Shown here piece by piece: positions 19,452 to 29,568 of a DNA stretch of 64,000 nt (its first letter is position 1; each line of letters starts with the position of its first letter). The notes under the pieces were generated by a model. It saw only the letters and a list, made by a program, of their open reading frames with translations. It had not been told where the DNA came from and made no database searches. Source of the stretch: Syntrophales bacterium (lineage in GTDB: Bacteria > Desulfobacterota > Syntrophia > Syntrophales > UBA2210); the NCBI GenBank assembly GCA_963666365.2, contig CAXXNF010000002.1:160001-224000 (forward strand), read 5' to 3'. Position numbers and translations under genes: made by a program.

Positions 19452-19469
19452 TTGTGAGCATATTCACAG
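19452..19469. promoter_or_regulatory. CRP/HcpR/Rex-like palindromic operator
   Basis: TTGTGA-GCATAT-TCACAG (perfect TGTGA-N6-TCACA core) in the divergent intergenic region. Confidence 0.5.
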
Positions 19470-19689
19470 AAACTGTTACCGTCGGGCATTGCGAATCCAT
19501 GCGGAAAGGGGGGGCGCTTGTTTTTAAAAGGCAATCTGTGCTATTATAACAGGACATTGTAAATAAATCTTACCATATTCATTATTCCTTCCACAGCGAC
19601 TGCCGGACATGCTGTAGAGAGGGTCCATGTAATCTGATAATTTCAAATCCCGGGTTCAGGGGTTTTCATATTTGTGAAGGAGGATATAT

Positions 19690-20445
19690 ATGTGCAACAA
19701 GGTTGTAGCAGGACTGGCGGTATGGGGAATGATAACCGCGCTGTCGCTCACGGCTCAGGCCCAGACAGGCGCGGAAGCGACGGAAGCGCCGCACTGGAAG
19801 GTGCGGGCTGAACTCTCCTATACCAGCAGTTCAGGCAATACCGACAGTGAAACGCTGGCGGGAAAACTGGGAATCAAGAGGGAGGAGACGCGTAATCGCT
19901 ATTACTTTGATGGCTCTGTGTTCAGGACGGAGAACGACAATGATGAAACCGCAAATAAGTGGATGGTGGAAGGCCGTTACGAAAGGATAATTCATGAACG
20001 CCTGTTCGGTTTTGGTGACGCCTATTATATCAAAGATAAATTTTCGGGATATAAATATCGCTATGGTTTCGGCCCCGGCATAGGATACGATTTTGTAAAC
20101 ACAGACAATCAATCCCTCAAGGGTTTGTTTTCTCTTGTCTATTCGCATGACAGCTATTCAACAGGGTCTGAAAAATCGGATAACTATTGTGCAGGGAAGG
20201 TTGGCATCAAGTATGAGTGGCATATAATGAAAAATCTAACCTTTAAAGAAGATGCCTATTATCATGTCTCTTTTGATGACAGTGACGTATACTTTCTTAA
20301 TTCCGAAACTGCGATTGAGGTGAAGATCAGCGATGCGGTTTCTCTGGGTTTGAGTTACATCATTGCCTACCAGAACGCACCTCCGTCACCGGAGATCGAT
20401 GATACCGACAGGATCTTTTTGACGTCCCTTATTATTGATTTCTAA
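19690..20445 (+). CDS. DUF481 (YdiY-like) outer-membrane beta-barrel protein
   Basis: Signal peptide AQA, SSSGNTDSET, DKFSGY.YR..GPGIGY, C-terminal Phe; SD AAGGAGG. Confidence 0.85.
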   Translation: MCNKVVAGLAVWGMITALSLTAQAQTGAEATEAPHWKVRAELSYTSSSGNTDSETLAGKLGIKREETRNRYYFDGSVFRTENDNDETANKWMVEGRYERIIHERLFGFGDAYYIKDKFSGYKYRYGFGPGIGYDFVNTDNQSLKGLFSLVYSHDSYSTGSEKSDNYCAGKVGIKYEWHIMKNLTFKEDAYYHVSFDDSDVYFLNSETAIEVKISDAVSLGLSYIIAYQNAPPSPEIDDTDRIFLTSLIIDF

Positions 20446-20449
20446 TAAC

Positions 20450-20483
20450 AGACGGGTGATTCGAATCGGCGAATCACCCGTCT
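20450..20483. terminator. Perfect 14-bp stem-loop between convergent genes
   Basis: AGACGGGTGATTCG-aatcgg-CGAATCACCCGTCT; no strong U-tract. Confidence 0.6.
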
Positions 20484-20512
20484 AAATTCCTTCAGGTCGC
20501 AAACGGAGGGTC

Positions 20513-22168
20513 TTATCGTTTTGCCGTCTCTTCGTCTCTGAGCGCTCTACGGAGTACCTTTCCTACGGCCGATTGAGGCAGAGAATCCCTGAATTCCACC
20601 GTTTTGGGTACTTTGTAAGGCGCCATTTTTTCCTTGCAAAAAGCAATGATTTCCCTGTCCGTTGCTGTCTGACCTTCCTTCATCACGATAAAGGCCTTCA
20701 CCGTTTCGCCGCGGTAGGGATCGGGGATTCCTACGGTCACGGCAAACTCGACCTTGGGGTGCTGAAAGAGTACTTCGTCGATTTCGCGGGGATAAATGTT
20801 GAAGCCGCCGGCGATGATCATATCTTTTTTGCGGTCTACCAGGAAAATGTAATCGTCTTCGTCCTGGGTCCCGATATCGCCTGTGTAAAGCCAGCCGTTT
20901 TTGAGCTGCTCCGCCGTTTCTTCCGGGTGGTTCCAGTAGTGTTTCATGACATTTGGACCCTTGATAATGACTTCACCCGGCTCGCCTCGGGGAACATCCT
21001 CGGTCCCGTCCTCGAGATCAACCAGCCGCACATCCACTCCGGGGATGGGAATGCCGATTGCCCCGGTTTTGGTCATACCCATCAGTGGATTTGAGATTCC
21101 TACGGAAGTGGTTTCGCTCATGCCCCATCCCTCACTGTAAAAGGTAGCCGTATTTTTGATTTCTCTTATCAGTTCTACTGCGATGGGACCGCCGCCCGAG
21201 TTAATTGTCTTGATCTTTCTGCCGAATATTGCCGGGTCAAAGGATTGATGATTGATAATTGCTGAGATAATCGTCGGCACCGTCGGGAAGTAGCTGATCT
21301 CCTCGGATCTGCCGATAAAATCCATAAGCTCGTCGATCTGGAAGCGGGGCATGTGGATCTGAGTGGCGCACATCATCATGCTCCAGTTAATGATGCAGAT
21401 ATTTCCGTACACATGATAGAAGGGGAGTAGGGCAAGTACGGTACGGCGCTCCGGCGGAATCAGCGAAGTAGTCGACGACCAGAGAGAGCAGAACATGGTT
21501 GCGTAGATGATATTGCCGTGTGTGAGCACGGCGCCTTTGGGAAGTCCCGTGGTGCCGCCGGTAAATTGAATTACCGCCGGGTCGTCGGGATCGATGGTAA
21601 GGCGCGGCAGCTTTGTGCCTGTACAGTTTTCGAGAAGTGTTGAAAAATGGTGCCATGTGCTTTCAAGGTCCAGACCCGCCTTGGTGTTTTTCCCCCGCTC
21701 AGTGCTGAAATCTTCAAGTTTGGTAACAATCACACGGGGAATATCCACTGCCCTGCAAAGGGCACTGACCGTTTCCCTGGCGGTATCGATGGTGATCAAT
21801 GTGGTAAGTCCCGTATCACGTGCCATTGCCGTCAACTCTTCGACCTTGTAAAGAGGGTTCAGATTAACCACAATGGCGCCAAGCGAAAGAACGGCATAAT
21901 AGGCGATTACGTACTGGGGACATGTGGGAAGATGGATGCCCACCCGGTCTCCCTTCTCTATTCCCAACGCGCCCAGGGCGTTGGCCATTCGCAGCACTGA
22001 CTGACGAAGCTGCCAGAAGGTTGTTTCATGCCCGTCAAGGATCATTGCCGCTTTGTCGGGATAGGCATTTGCCGGAATCTGAAGCAGTTCGCTGACGGGC
22101 AGCCGGGGACATCTGAATGATGTGGGAACATTATATGTGTAGTGACGATGCCAGGATTTTTCTTCCAT
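20513..22168 (-). CDS. Long-chain fatty acid/acyl-CoA ligase (AMP-forming, FadD-like)
   Basis: QFTGGTTGLPKGA, GWGMSET, WLYTGD, DRKKDMII..GFNIYPREI, AVGKVLR. Confidence 0.93.
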   Translation of the reverse strand: MEEKSWHRHYTYNVPTSFRCPRLPVSELLQIPANAYPDKAAMILDGHETTFWQLRQSVLRMANALGALGIEKGDRVGIHLPTCPQYVIAYYAVLSLGAIVVNLNPLYKVEELTAMARDTGLTTLITIDTARETVSALCRAVDIPRVIVTKLEDFSTERGKNTKAGLDLESTWHHFSTLLENCTGTKLPRLTIDPDDPAVIQFTGGTTGLPKGAVLTHGNIIYATMFCSLWSSTTSLIPPERRTVLALLPFYHVYGNICIINWSMMMCATQIHMPRFQIDELMDFIGRSEEISYFPTVPTIISAIINHQSFDPAIFGRKIKTINSGGGPIAVELIREIKNTATFYSEGWGMSETTSVGISNPLMGMTKTGAIGIPIPGVDVRLVDLEDGTEDVPRGEPGEVIIKGPNVMKHYWNHPEETAEQLKNGWLYTGDIGTQDEDDYIFLVDRKKDMIIAGGFNIYPREIDEVLFQHPKVEFAVTVGIPDPYRGETVKAFIVMKEGQTATDREIIAFCKEKMAPYKVPKTVEFRDSLPQSAVGKVLRRALRDEETAKR

Positions 22169-22185
22169 GTGGGACTCCTTTTTTC

Positions 22186-22965
22186 CTATTCTTCTACGGG
22201 GGGACGGCCGATGTCATAGACATACATGCGATTCCAGGTCGGACTTATCAAAATTTCGTTGATGCAGACATGCTTGGGTAACCGGGCCACGAAAAGAATG
22301 GTTTCTCCCAGGTCCTCCGATTTGAGCATCTTGGCCTTGATCTCGGCGCTGAGGGCGTCGGGTCTGCGGTCGATTATCGGTGTCCAGACTTCGCCGGGAC
22401 ATATTGCACAGGCCCTGATTCCGTGAATGCACTCTTCAATGTTGATGCTGGCATTCATTGCCACAACGCCGTGCTTTGCCGCACTGTATGCAGGACCTGT
22501 GACATAGGTGTCGAATCGGCCCGCCCAGGAGGCGACGTTGATGATCAATCCGTCCTGCTGTTTTCTCATGAGAGGAATCACCGCCGACGCACAGTAAAAA
22601 GCGCCGTTCAGATCAATATTGATGACTTCTTCCCACTTACCCGGCGTTACCACGCCCCAGTGTCGTTCCGTCACGTTTGTTCCTGCATTATTGACGAGAA
22701 TGTCAAGCCTGTCGTATCGTTCGTGAATGCGATCGACTGCCGCCTGCACGGCTACGGCGTCGGAAACATCCAAGAGTTCGATAATGGACTCGCCCCCCGA
22801 TTTTTTTATCAGTTCCTCTGTTTCCATGAGAGGTTCCTTGCGACGGCCCGACAGGACAACCCTGGCGCCTTCCTTTGCAAGCGCAACAGCGCCGGCCTGT
22901 CCAATACCGGTGCCCGCTCCGGTTACCCACGCGACTTTATTTTTCAATAATTCCAGCATATACAT
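22186..22965 (-). CDS. Short-chain dehydrogenase/reductase
   Basis: TGAGTGIG, NNAG, YSAAK. Confidence 0.92.
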   Translation of the reverse strand: MYMLELLKNKVAWVTGAGTGIGQAGAVALAKEGARVVLSGRRKEPLMETEELIKKSGGESIIELLDVSDAVAVQAAVDRIHERYDRLDILVNNAGTNVTERHWGVVTPGKWEEVINIDLNGAFYCASAVIPLMRKQQDGLIINVASWAGRFDTYVTGPAYSAAKHGVVAMNASINIEECIHGIRACAICPGEVWTPIIDRRPDALSAEIKAKMLKSEDLGETILFVARLPKHVCINEILISPTWNRMYVYDIGRPPVEE

Positions 22966-23099
22966 CCTCCTTTACGTCAATTTAAACAACACTTCTACGT
23001 AGGCGAAAAGATAATGCGTTGTCAAGAAAACAAAGGGACCTGTTCTATAGATTTTGCATCGTCTCTTCCCGCTTTCTGCTGATATCCTTCTTTGTAGTT

Positions 23100-23876
23100 T
23101 TAACGCACCGTGAGGCGCGTGACCTCCTGCAGTACCCGCAATGATTTCGGCTCGTTGCCGAGAATGTGCCGGATCCAGGGGACAAGAAGCATTCGGCTTT
23201 CCCGGAGAGATTGTTCGCTAAACACGAGCCTTCTGATCTTTTCGAGCGCCATTGTCTTTCCCGCAATCAGCGTCATTGCAGTTCCCGGTGAAAGAGTGAC
23301 ACCCTGTGGGGCGCCCGGCCTGCATTCCCTGCATCGAATGCCCCCGTCTTCAAAGATGAAGGAGAGCTCCTTGAGGCGATCGAGCGGTGTTTTGCAGGCA
23401 ATGCACAGTTCCAACGCCGGTTCATAGCCTGAAATACACAGCAGGCGAAGTTCGAAAAGTCTCAGAATCGATTCCGACAGGGGCCCCGATTCCAAAAGGT
23501 CGAGGAAGTTCCGTAAATGAAAAAAAAGTAATCGGTTCTCTGCGCCTTCTACGGAAAAGAGATCGACGAGATCAATAAAATAGGAGGCGTAGAGGGTCTT
23601 TCCCAGGTCTTCTCTTATTTTTGGATAGTGGTTGGTAACGTGGCAGTCCTCGATGAGGCAAAGCCCTTCCGGTTTCCGTCTTGAAAAGAGGATGGACGAG
23701 ACAGAGAAGGGTTCAATAGCGTTTGCAAAGCGTTTTTGGCTTCTCCGGGCGCCTTTGGCGATTCCCTTGAGTTTACCCGCTTCATCGGTCAGAATTGTGA
23801 CGATCCTGTCGGATTCTCCATAATCTCTGAAGTTCAGAATACACCCGGTTGCCTTCTGTGTGCGTTTCGCAATCAT
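23100..23876 (-). CDS. recO: DNA repair protein RecO
   Basis: DYGESDRIVTILT..GKLKGIAKGARRSQKRF; CxxC..CxxC zinc motif. Confidence 0.95.
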   Translation of the reverse strand: MIAKRTQKATGCILNFRDYGESDRIVTILTDEAGKLKGIAKGARRSQKRFANAIEPFSVSSILFSRRKPEGLCLIEDCHVTNHYPKIREDLGKTLYASYFIDLVDLFSVEGAENRLLFFHLRNFLDLLESGPLSESILRLFELRLLCISGYEPALELCIACKTPLDRLKELSFIFEDGGIRCRECRPGAPQGVTLSPGTAMTLIAGKTMALEKIRRLVFSEQSLRESRMLLVPWIRHILGNEPKSLRVLQEVTRLTVR

Positions 23877-25231
23877 ATGATAAGTTTGATAAATAGGGTG
23901 GCAAGACCGAGAAAGGAAAGAAATCCAAAGGCATCAGTAAATGCCGTGATGAAAATATGCGATCCCAACGCAGGATCGAGCCGGAACCATTTGAGCGCCA
24001 GGGGGACCAGGACGCCGATCAGTGTGCCGGCAAATACATTGATGATCATCGCCAGACCCAGCACAATGCCCAATATGGGGATGCCTTTCCAAAAGTAAGC
24101 GATGACGCCGATTACAAGGCCGACGGCGATGCCGTTGGTGATTCCAACCATGATCTGTCGGTAGAGTGCTCTCTTGGCGTTGTCGAACGTGATTTCACCG
24201 AGTGCCATTCCACGTACAATCAGCGTAAGGGTTTGACTTCCCGCATTGCCCCCCAGACCGGCGACAACCGGCATGAATACTGCCAGGGCGACCATTGTGG
24301 TGATGGTATCTTCAAAAAAACCGATAACCAGCACTGACACGAGGGCCGTCAAAAGATTCAGGTAGAGCCAGGGGAGGCGCTTTCTCACCGATTCCAGAGG
24401 GTTGTTGAACACCGTATCATCTTCGTCGAGACCGGCGATTCGGTAGAGGTCTTCCGAGGTTTCTTCTTCCATGACGTCGATGATGTCATCGATGGTAATT
24501 CTTCCTAATAGATGCTCCTCGCGATCGACGACGGGCAGTGAGACGAGATCGTATTTTTCAAACATACGGGCAACCTGTTCCTGATCCAGATCAGGTTCCA
24601 CGCTGGGAATCGATGTATCGATCGCACCGATAATGGGACTGAACCGCTTGGCCGTGATAAGCCGTTGCAACGGAACCACACCAATAAGTTTGTTTTCCTT
24701 GTCGACGATAAAAATATTGTAAATGTTTTCAATTTCGTCTTTTGCATCGACCACCGCCTGAAAGGCATCATTGATCATTGCTTCGGCCTTTACGGAAACC
24801 AGCTCCGATTGCATGATGCCGCCGGCCGTATCATCCTCGTATTTGAGCAGTTCTTTAACCTCGTCCGACTCTTCCGGCTCGATACCTTCAAGGACTGTCT
24901 TTGCCTGATCTTCCGTGAGCTCGGCAATAAAGTCGGCGGCATCGTCAGAATCCATTTCGTCAATGATTTCGGTTAATTGCTTGTCTGAGAGATCTTCAAT
25001 GATCTGTTCGCGGGACAGGTCGCTCAGCTCGAGAATCACGTCGGAGGCCTTGTCCACATCCAGGAGGGAAAAAAGATGTAGTTTTTCCTGATCGTCCAGA
25101 TTATCAATCAGATCGGCGATATCCGCCGGATGCAGCCTGGAGAAAAGATCGATGATGTCAAACTCACGATTGAGGCTGATCAGCTCTTTCAGGTGATTGA
25201 GGTGTTTTATTTCTTCTTCTCGCAGTCTCAT
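23873..25231 (-). CDS. mgtE: Magnesium transporter MgtE
   Basis: HPADIAD, MDSDDAAD, CBS pair, RLPWL, GGNAGSQT, DPA..TAFTD; likely ATG at 25231. Confidence 0.95.
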   Translation of the reverse strand: MRLREEEIKHLNHLKELISLNREFDIIDLFSRLHPADIADLIDNLDDQEKLHLFSLLDVDKASDVILELSDLSREQIIEDLSDKQLTEIIDEMDSDDAADFIAELTEDQAKTVLEGIEPEESDEVKELLKYEDDTAGGIMQSELVSVKAEAMINDAFQAVVDAKDEIENIYNIFIVDKENKLIGVVPLQRLITAKRFSPIIGAIDTSIPSVEPDLDQEQVARMFEKYDLVSLPVVDREEHLLGRITIDDIIDVMEEETSEDLYRIAGLDEDDTVFNNPLESVRKRLPWLYLNLLTALVSVLVIGFFEDTITTMVALAVFMPVVAGLGGNAGSQTLTLIVRGMALGEITFDNAKRALYRQIMVGITNGIAVGLVIGVIAYFWKGIPILGIVLGLAMIINVFAGTLIGVLVPLALKWFRLDPALGSHIFITAFTDAFGFLSFLGLATLFIKLII

Positions 25232-25434
25232 TATGAACACCCCTTGGTCAAGATTAATACATAGAATCACTCTCCGCGCTGATCACGGTGGGAGACACAC
25301 ATAGGCATGTGTAAGTACCACGCTCGATTAAAATTCTCAAGGAGAAGATTCGCCCAGGGTGCGCGACAAAGGGTCACTATCCCCAGATGTGTGCGGTGTG
25401 GCAGTCGCAATATGCGACGAGGTTTTTTAAGGCA

Positions 25435-26730
25435 TCATGAATCGGCGCGATATTTTATCTCTCCTCCGACAATGGTCATAGCGGTCCGTCCTCGAAGTGT
25501 CATTCCATCGAAGGGGCAGTTTCTGCTCTTTGAGCGAAAACGCCTTGTATCGACAGTCCACACCGCTTCGGGATCGATGATTGTCAGATCTGCAGCACAG
25601 CCTTTCCGAAGTGATCCGCCGGGTATTCCCAGTATTCGAGCCGGATTGACGCTCATTTTTTCGACAAGCTGGGTCATGGTAAGCATTTGTTCCTCAACCA
25701 GCTTAAGGGAAAGTCCCAGAGATGTTTCAAGGCCGATGAGCCCTGTCGCGGCATAATCGAATTCCACATCCTTCTCGATGGATGAATGAGGGGCGTGGTC
25801 GCTTGCAATAGCATCGATGGCGCCGTCGGCGAGTCCTTTCTTTATTGCCTCGAGGTCTTGGCGATTTCTCAGCGGCGGGTATACTTTCATATTGGTGGAG
25901 AACGATCGAAGCTCTTCGTCGGTCAGCGTAAAATAATGAGGCGCTGTTTCGGCCGTCACTTGAATGCCGGAAGATTTGGCCCTGCGTATCGCATCGACTG
26001 ATCCCGCGGTGCTCACGTGGGCAATGTGAACGGCGGCGCCGGTGAAGCGGGCGAGAATAATATCCCTGACAATCATGATCTCTTCTGCAATATCGGGAAT
26101 GCCGGAAAGGCCCATCTCTGTGGAGACAAGTCCCTCGTTCATTACTCCCCCCCTTGCAAGCCCCATATCTTCACAGTGTGATATCACCGGCATGCTCAGA
26201 GAATGGGCATATTCAAGGGCGCTTCTCATGAGGCCGCTGTCGGTTACAGGTCTGCCGTCATCAGAGATGCCGACGGCGCCGGCATTTTTTAGATCGGCGA
26301 ACTCCGTCAGAACCTGTCCTTCGAGATTTCTACTCAGGGCGGCAATGGGATATACCCTGGCGTAACCGGCTCGCGCCGCCTCTTTGAGAATGAATTCGGT
26401 AACCGAGCGGTTGTCGTTAACGGGATTGGTATTGGCCATGCAGGCGACGGCAGTGAATCCTCCGGTCACGGCGGCTTCCGCTCCCGATCGGATTGTTTCC
26501 TTGTATTCGAAGCCCGGTTCCCTCAGGTGTGTATGCATATCAATAAGCCCCGGCACAATGAGTTTCCCTGCAAGGCTGTATGCAGCAGAGGTCCCCTTTC
26601 CCTGTATGGCTGAGGGTGGTATATGTCGTTCAATTCGGGATATTATTCCGTTTTCTATGAGGATATCCGCTATATCGTCCATGTGCTGGGAAGGATCGAT
26701 AATTCGTCCTTCCGTCAATAAAAGTCTCAT
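25435..26730 (-). CDS. pyrC: Dihydroorotase (multifunctional-complex type)
   Basis: [29 protein letters not shown]. Confidence 0.95.
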   Translation of the reverse strand: MRLLLTEGRIIDPSQHMDDIADILIENGIISRIERHIPPSAIQGKGTSAAYSLAGKLIVPGLIDMHTHLREPGFEYKETIRSGAEAAVTGGFTAVACMANTNPVNDNRSVTEFILKEAARAGYARVYPIAALSRNLEGQVLTEFADLKNAGAVGISDDGRPVTDSGLMRSALEYAHSLSMPVISHCEDMGLARGGVMNEGLVSTEMGLSGIPDIAEEIMIVRDIILARFTGAAVHIAHVSTAGSVDAIRRAKSSGIQVTAETAPHYFTLTDEELRSFSTNMKVYPPLRNRQDLEAIKKGLADGAIDAIASDHAPHSSIEKDVEFDYAATGLIGLETSLGLSLKLVEEQMLTMTQLVEKMSVNPARILGIPGGSLRKGCAADLTIIDPEAVWTVDTRRFRSKSRNCPFDGMTLRGRTAMTIVGGEIKYRADS

Positions 26731-27650
26731 TGTCGTCCTCCTGCCAGAAGGTAGAGAAGCGCCATGCGCACAGCCACCCCGTTTGACACCTGTTCAAGAA
26801 TGGCTGAGCGGGGACTGTCTGCAATTTCCGGTGAAATTTCAATGCCTCTGTTTATCGGTCCCGGATGCATTACCAGGACATCGTCTGCCGCGAGTCTGAT
26901 GTTGTCTTCATTTAAGCAATAGAGGCTTGCATATTCTCGAATGGAGGGAAATATCGTTCTCTGCTGCCGTTCAAATTGCATGCGAAGCATCATGACGACA
27001 TCGGCGCCTTTGATTGCCCGGCGCATTTCGGTTTCCACTTTCACGCCCAGGACGCTGATGCCCCGGGGAATCAGCATGGCGGGACCGCAGACGGTTACCC
27101 GAGCGCCCATTTTTAAGAGGCCGGCTATATTCGAACGAGCAACACGACTGTGGGCAATATCACCGACAAGTGTCACCGAAAGTCCCTTGATGCGCCCCTT
27201 TCTTTCCCTGATGGTAAGCATGTCGAGAAGGGCCTGCGTCGGATGCTCGTGTGCGCCGTCACCGGCGTTTATGATGGATTGTTTCAGAAGACGGGCCAGG
27301 ATGTGGGGTGCGCCTGCACAGGCATGCCGAATCACGATAATGTCCGGATTCATCGATTCGAGAGTTTTGGCCGTGTCTATCAATGTTTCTCCCTTTACTA
27401 CGCTGCTTGTGGAGGTGGAAATATTGATGGCATCGGCACTCAAGCGCTTTGCAGCGATCTCAAAGGATGTCCGTGTCCTGGTGCTCGGCTCGTAAAAAAG
27501 GTTGATGATCGTGTTGCCTCGAAGCGTGGGGACCTTTTTGATGGATCGTGTGGATATTTCTCTGAAAGACGCCGCGGTATCGAGTACGAGCGCAATCTCG
27601 TCGACAGTAAAATCAGTAAGTCCCAGCACATCTTTTCTTGTGAGTTTCAT
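26727..27650 (-). CDS. pyrB: Aspartate carbamoyltransferase catalytic subunit
   Basis: [40 protein letters not shown]. Confidence 0.97.
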   Translation of the reverse strand: MKLTRKDVLGLTDFTVDEIALVLDTAASFREISTRSIKKVPTLRGNTIINLFYEPSTRTRTSFEIAAKRLSADAINISTSTSSVVKGETLIDTAKTLESMNPDIIVIRHACAGAPHILARLLKQSIINAGDGAHEHPTQALLDMLTIRERKGRIKGLSVTLVGDIAHSRVARSNIAGLLKMGARVTVCGPAMLIPRGISVLGVKVETEMRRAIKGADVVMMLRMQFERQQRTIFPSIREYASLYCLNEDNIRLAADDVLVMHPGPINRGIEISPEIADSPRSAILEQVSNGVAVRMALLYLLAGGRQ

Positions 27651-27667
27651 AATAGCGTATCCTTGAG

Positions 27668-28210
27668 TCAGCTTTCCATGACAAGCACTTCATCACTTTC
27701 GGCTGTTTCCGAAAGATGGACATTGATTTCTTCCCAGAGCGACGAGGGGAGTTTTTCTCCTACATAGTCGGGTCGGATGGGTAATTCTCTATGTCCTCTA
27801 TCGATCAATACGGCAAGACGGATGATCTTGGGTCTTCCAAAGTCCATAAGTGCATCCATTGCCGCCCGTATCGTTCTTCCTGTAAAGATCACATCATCCA
27901 CAAGAATCACCTTCTTGTCGTCGAGGCGGCAGGGAATGTGTGTTTCCCCAAGTTTCGGCTTTCGGTCGGCCATCATGACATCATCACGGTAGAGGGTAAT
28001 ATCCAGGATGCCCAGGGGCACCTCTTGCCCTTCAATCCTGGAAATGCCTTCGGCAATTCGCTTAGCGAGGTATATTCCTCCCGACCTGATGCCTATGAGA
28101 ATAAGATCGGCGATTCCTTTATGGTCTTCAAGAATTTCATATGCGATTCTCATTATGGACCGTTCGATCCCTTCTGCATCCATGACCGTTCTTTTTTTCA
28201 TGTTGCCCAT
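27668..28210 (-). CDS. pyrR: Bifunctional pyr operon regulator / uracil phosphoribosyltransferase
   Basis: [43 protein letters not shown]. Confidence 0.97.
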   Translation of the reverse strand: MGNMKKRTVMDAEGIERSIMRIAYEILEDHKGIADLILIGIRSGGIYLAKRIAEGISRIEGQEVPLGILDITLYRDDVMMADRKPKLGETHIPCRLDDKKVILVDDVIFTGRTIRAAMDALMDFGRPKIIRLAVLIDRGHRELPIRPDYVGEKLPSSLWEEINVHLSETAESDEVLVMES

Positions 28211-28282
28211 GCGCTGTTCCTCTCCTTGGCCGCTGTATCGCGCGCATCCACCTCAGGATGCCGACGGGCGTTGCAAAATAAT

Positions 28283-28316
28283 AAAAAAAAGCCTTCCCAC
28301 CAATCGATGAGAAGGC
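28283..28316 (-). terminator. Intrinsic terminator within the pyrR leader (attenuator)
   Basis: Minus strand GCCUUCUCAU-cgauug-GUGGGAAGGC followed by U8; lies between a promoter and pyrR. Confidence 0.8.
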
Positions 28317-28389
28317 CTTACACACGTATATTCCCCGAGACAGATTTTCACTGCTTACTCCCTTTTGTCCGTGAAAAACTAATGCGGAA

Positions 28390-28418
28390 TTTATAGCAGC
28401 GCCGCACTGTCCTGTCAA
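28390..28418 (-). promoter_or_regulatory. Sigma70 promoter of pyrRBC
   Basis: TTGACA-N17-TATAAA on the minus strand just after the lepB stop. Confidence 0.75.
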
Positions 28419-28422
28419 GATT

Positions 28423-29037
28423 TTAGTGAATTATGTCAGCGATCCTGTTCCATCTGACGGAGTGATTGGTTCCGTTCCATGACCAATAGATCATAAATGC
28501 TTTTCCCCGTACATCTTCCAGTTTGACGAATCCCCAAAATCTGCTGTCATAGCTTTGGTCGCGGTTGTCTCCCATAACGAATATATGACCTTCCGGTACC
28601 GTAACGGGACCGAAATTGTCCCGTGGCTGAAGAGAGCGGGGCTGAATCAGCGTATCCTTGTACACACTGTAGGAGTCGTCGCAGAGTTGGCCATTGAGAA
28701 AGACTTTTTTGTCCCTTATTTCTACGGTGTCTCCTCCCAGGGCTATAACCCGTTTAATAAAGTCCTTGCTTCTGTCTACGGGATAGATAAATACCACAAT
28801 GTCGCCGTGCTTCGGTGAACTGACGGGAACCAGTGTTTTTCTGATCAACGGTATTTTGATGCCGTAAATAAATTTATTGACAAGAATGTGATCGCCGATC
28901 AGCAGAGTTTCTTTCATGGATCCTGAAGGAATTTTAAAGGCCTGAACGACAAAGGTGCGGATAAAGAGGGCAATCAGAATCGCAATGATAATTGTCTTGG
29001 TGTATTCTTTTATAACTGCCTTATGACTTTCTTTCAT
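28423..29037 (-). CDS. lepB: Signal peptidase I
   Basis: FKIPSGSMKETLLIGD, DFIKRV, GDNRDQSYDSRFWG. Confidence 0.96.
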   Translation of the reverse strand: MKESHKAVIKEYTKTIIIAILIALFIRTFVVQAFKIPSGSMKETLLIGDHILVNKFIYGIKIPLIRKTLVPVSSPKHGDIVVFIYPVDRSKDFIKRVIALGGDTVEIRDKKVFLNGQLCDDSYSVYKDTLIQPRSLQPRDNFGPVTVPEGHIFVMGDNRDQSYDSRFWGFVKLEDVRGKAFMIYWSWNGTNHSVRWNRIADIIH

Positions 29038-29048
29038 ATAATCAACCT

Positions 29049-29561
29049 TCAGGAATATACACGGGTCACTGCAAGCACTGACATGACGATACCCGTCGCG
29101 CCCTTGAGAAGCACAATGCCGATCCGGCCCGCTCTGATGCCGAAACGCTCTCTGAACAAGGGTTTGAGTTTTTTTCGTTCGGCCTGTTCCACCAAGAGCA
29201 TTCCCCCCAAACTTCCGACAAAAAGTCCTGTCATTGTGCCGAGTCCGAACAAAATGGGAGTAAGCGCTGCCGCACCCAAGACTCCCCCCACAAGCGAAAC
29301 CGCCACCGATGTTTTTGAGGCGGGAACCATTCTGGCGCCTGCGATTCCGCTGAGTACGTCGATTCCCTCAACAGCAAGGGTCATAACGGTCAGGAGCCCG
29401 ATAAGGGGCAGGCCTATTGTTGCAAAATGTGTCACCGCTGCATAGATAATTACATCAATCAGGATTACCAGCGTGCCGGGCAATCCGAATATCACGCAGT
29501 ATACACCGAAGAAGAGAAGCACGATGAACAGGGTTGTCCCTGTTGTCTCCAGGGCCGACAA
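29049..29561 (-). CDS. DUF456-family membrane protein
   Basis: FGLPGT motif and Gly-rich TM helices; probable TTG start at 29561 with SD GAGG overlapping the end of secF. Confidence 0.75.
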   Translation of the reverse strand: MSALETTGTTLFIVLLFFGVYCVIFGLPGTLVILIDVIIYAAVTHFATIGLPLIGLLTVMTLAVEGIDVLSGIAGARMVPASKTSVAVSLVGGVLGAAALTPILFGLGTMTGLFVGSLGGMLLVEQAERKKLKPLFRERFGIRAGRIGIVLLKGATGIVMSVLAVTRVYS

Positions 29562-29568
29562 TGACAGG

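Noticed and set aside
25232..25434. Possible M-box (Mg2+) riboswitch upstream of mgtE
   Set aside because: No M-box conserved motifs or terminator seen; only a weak sigma70-like TTGAGA-N17-TACTTA
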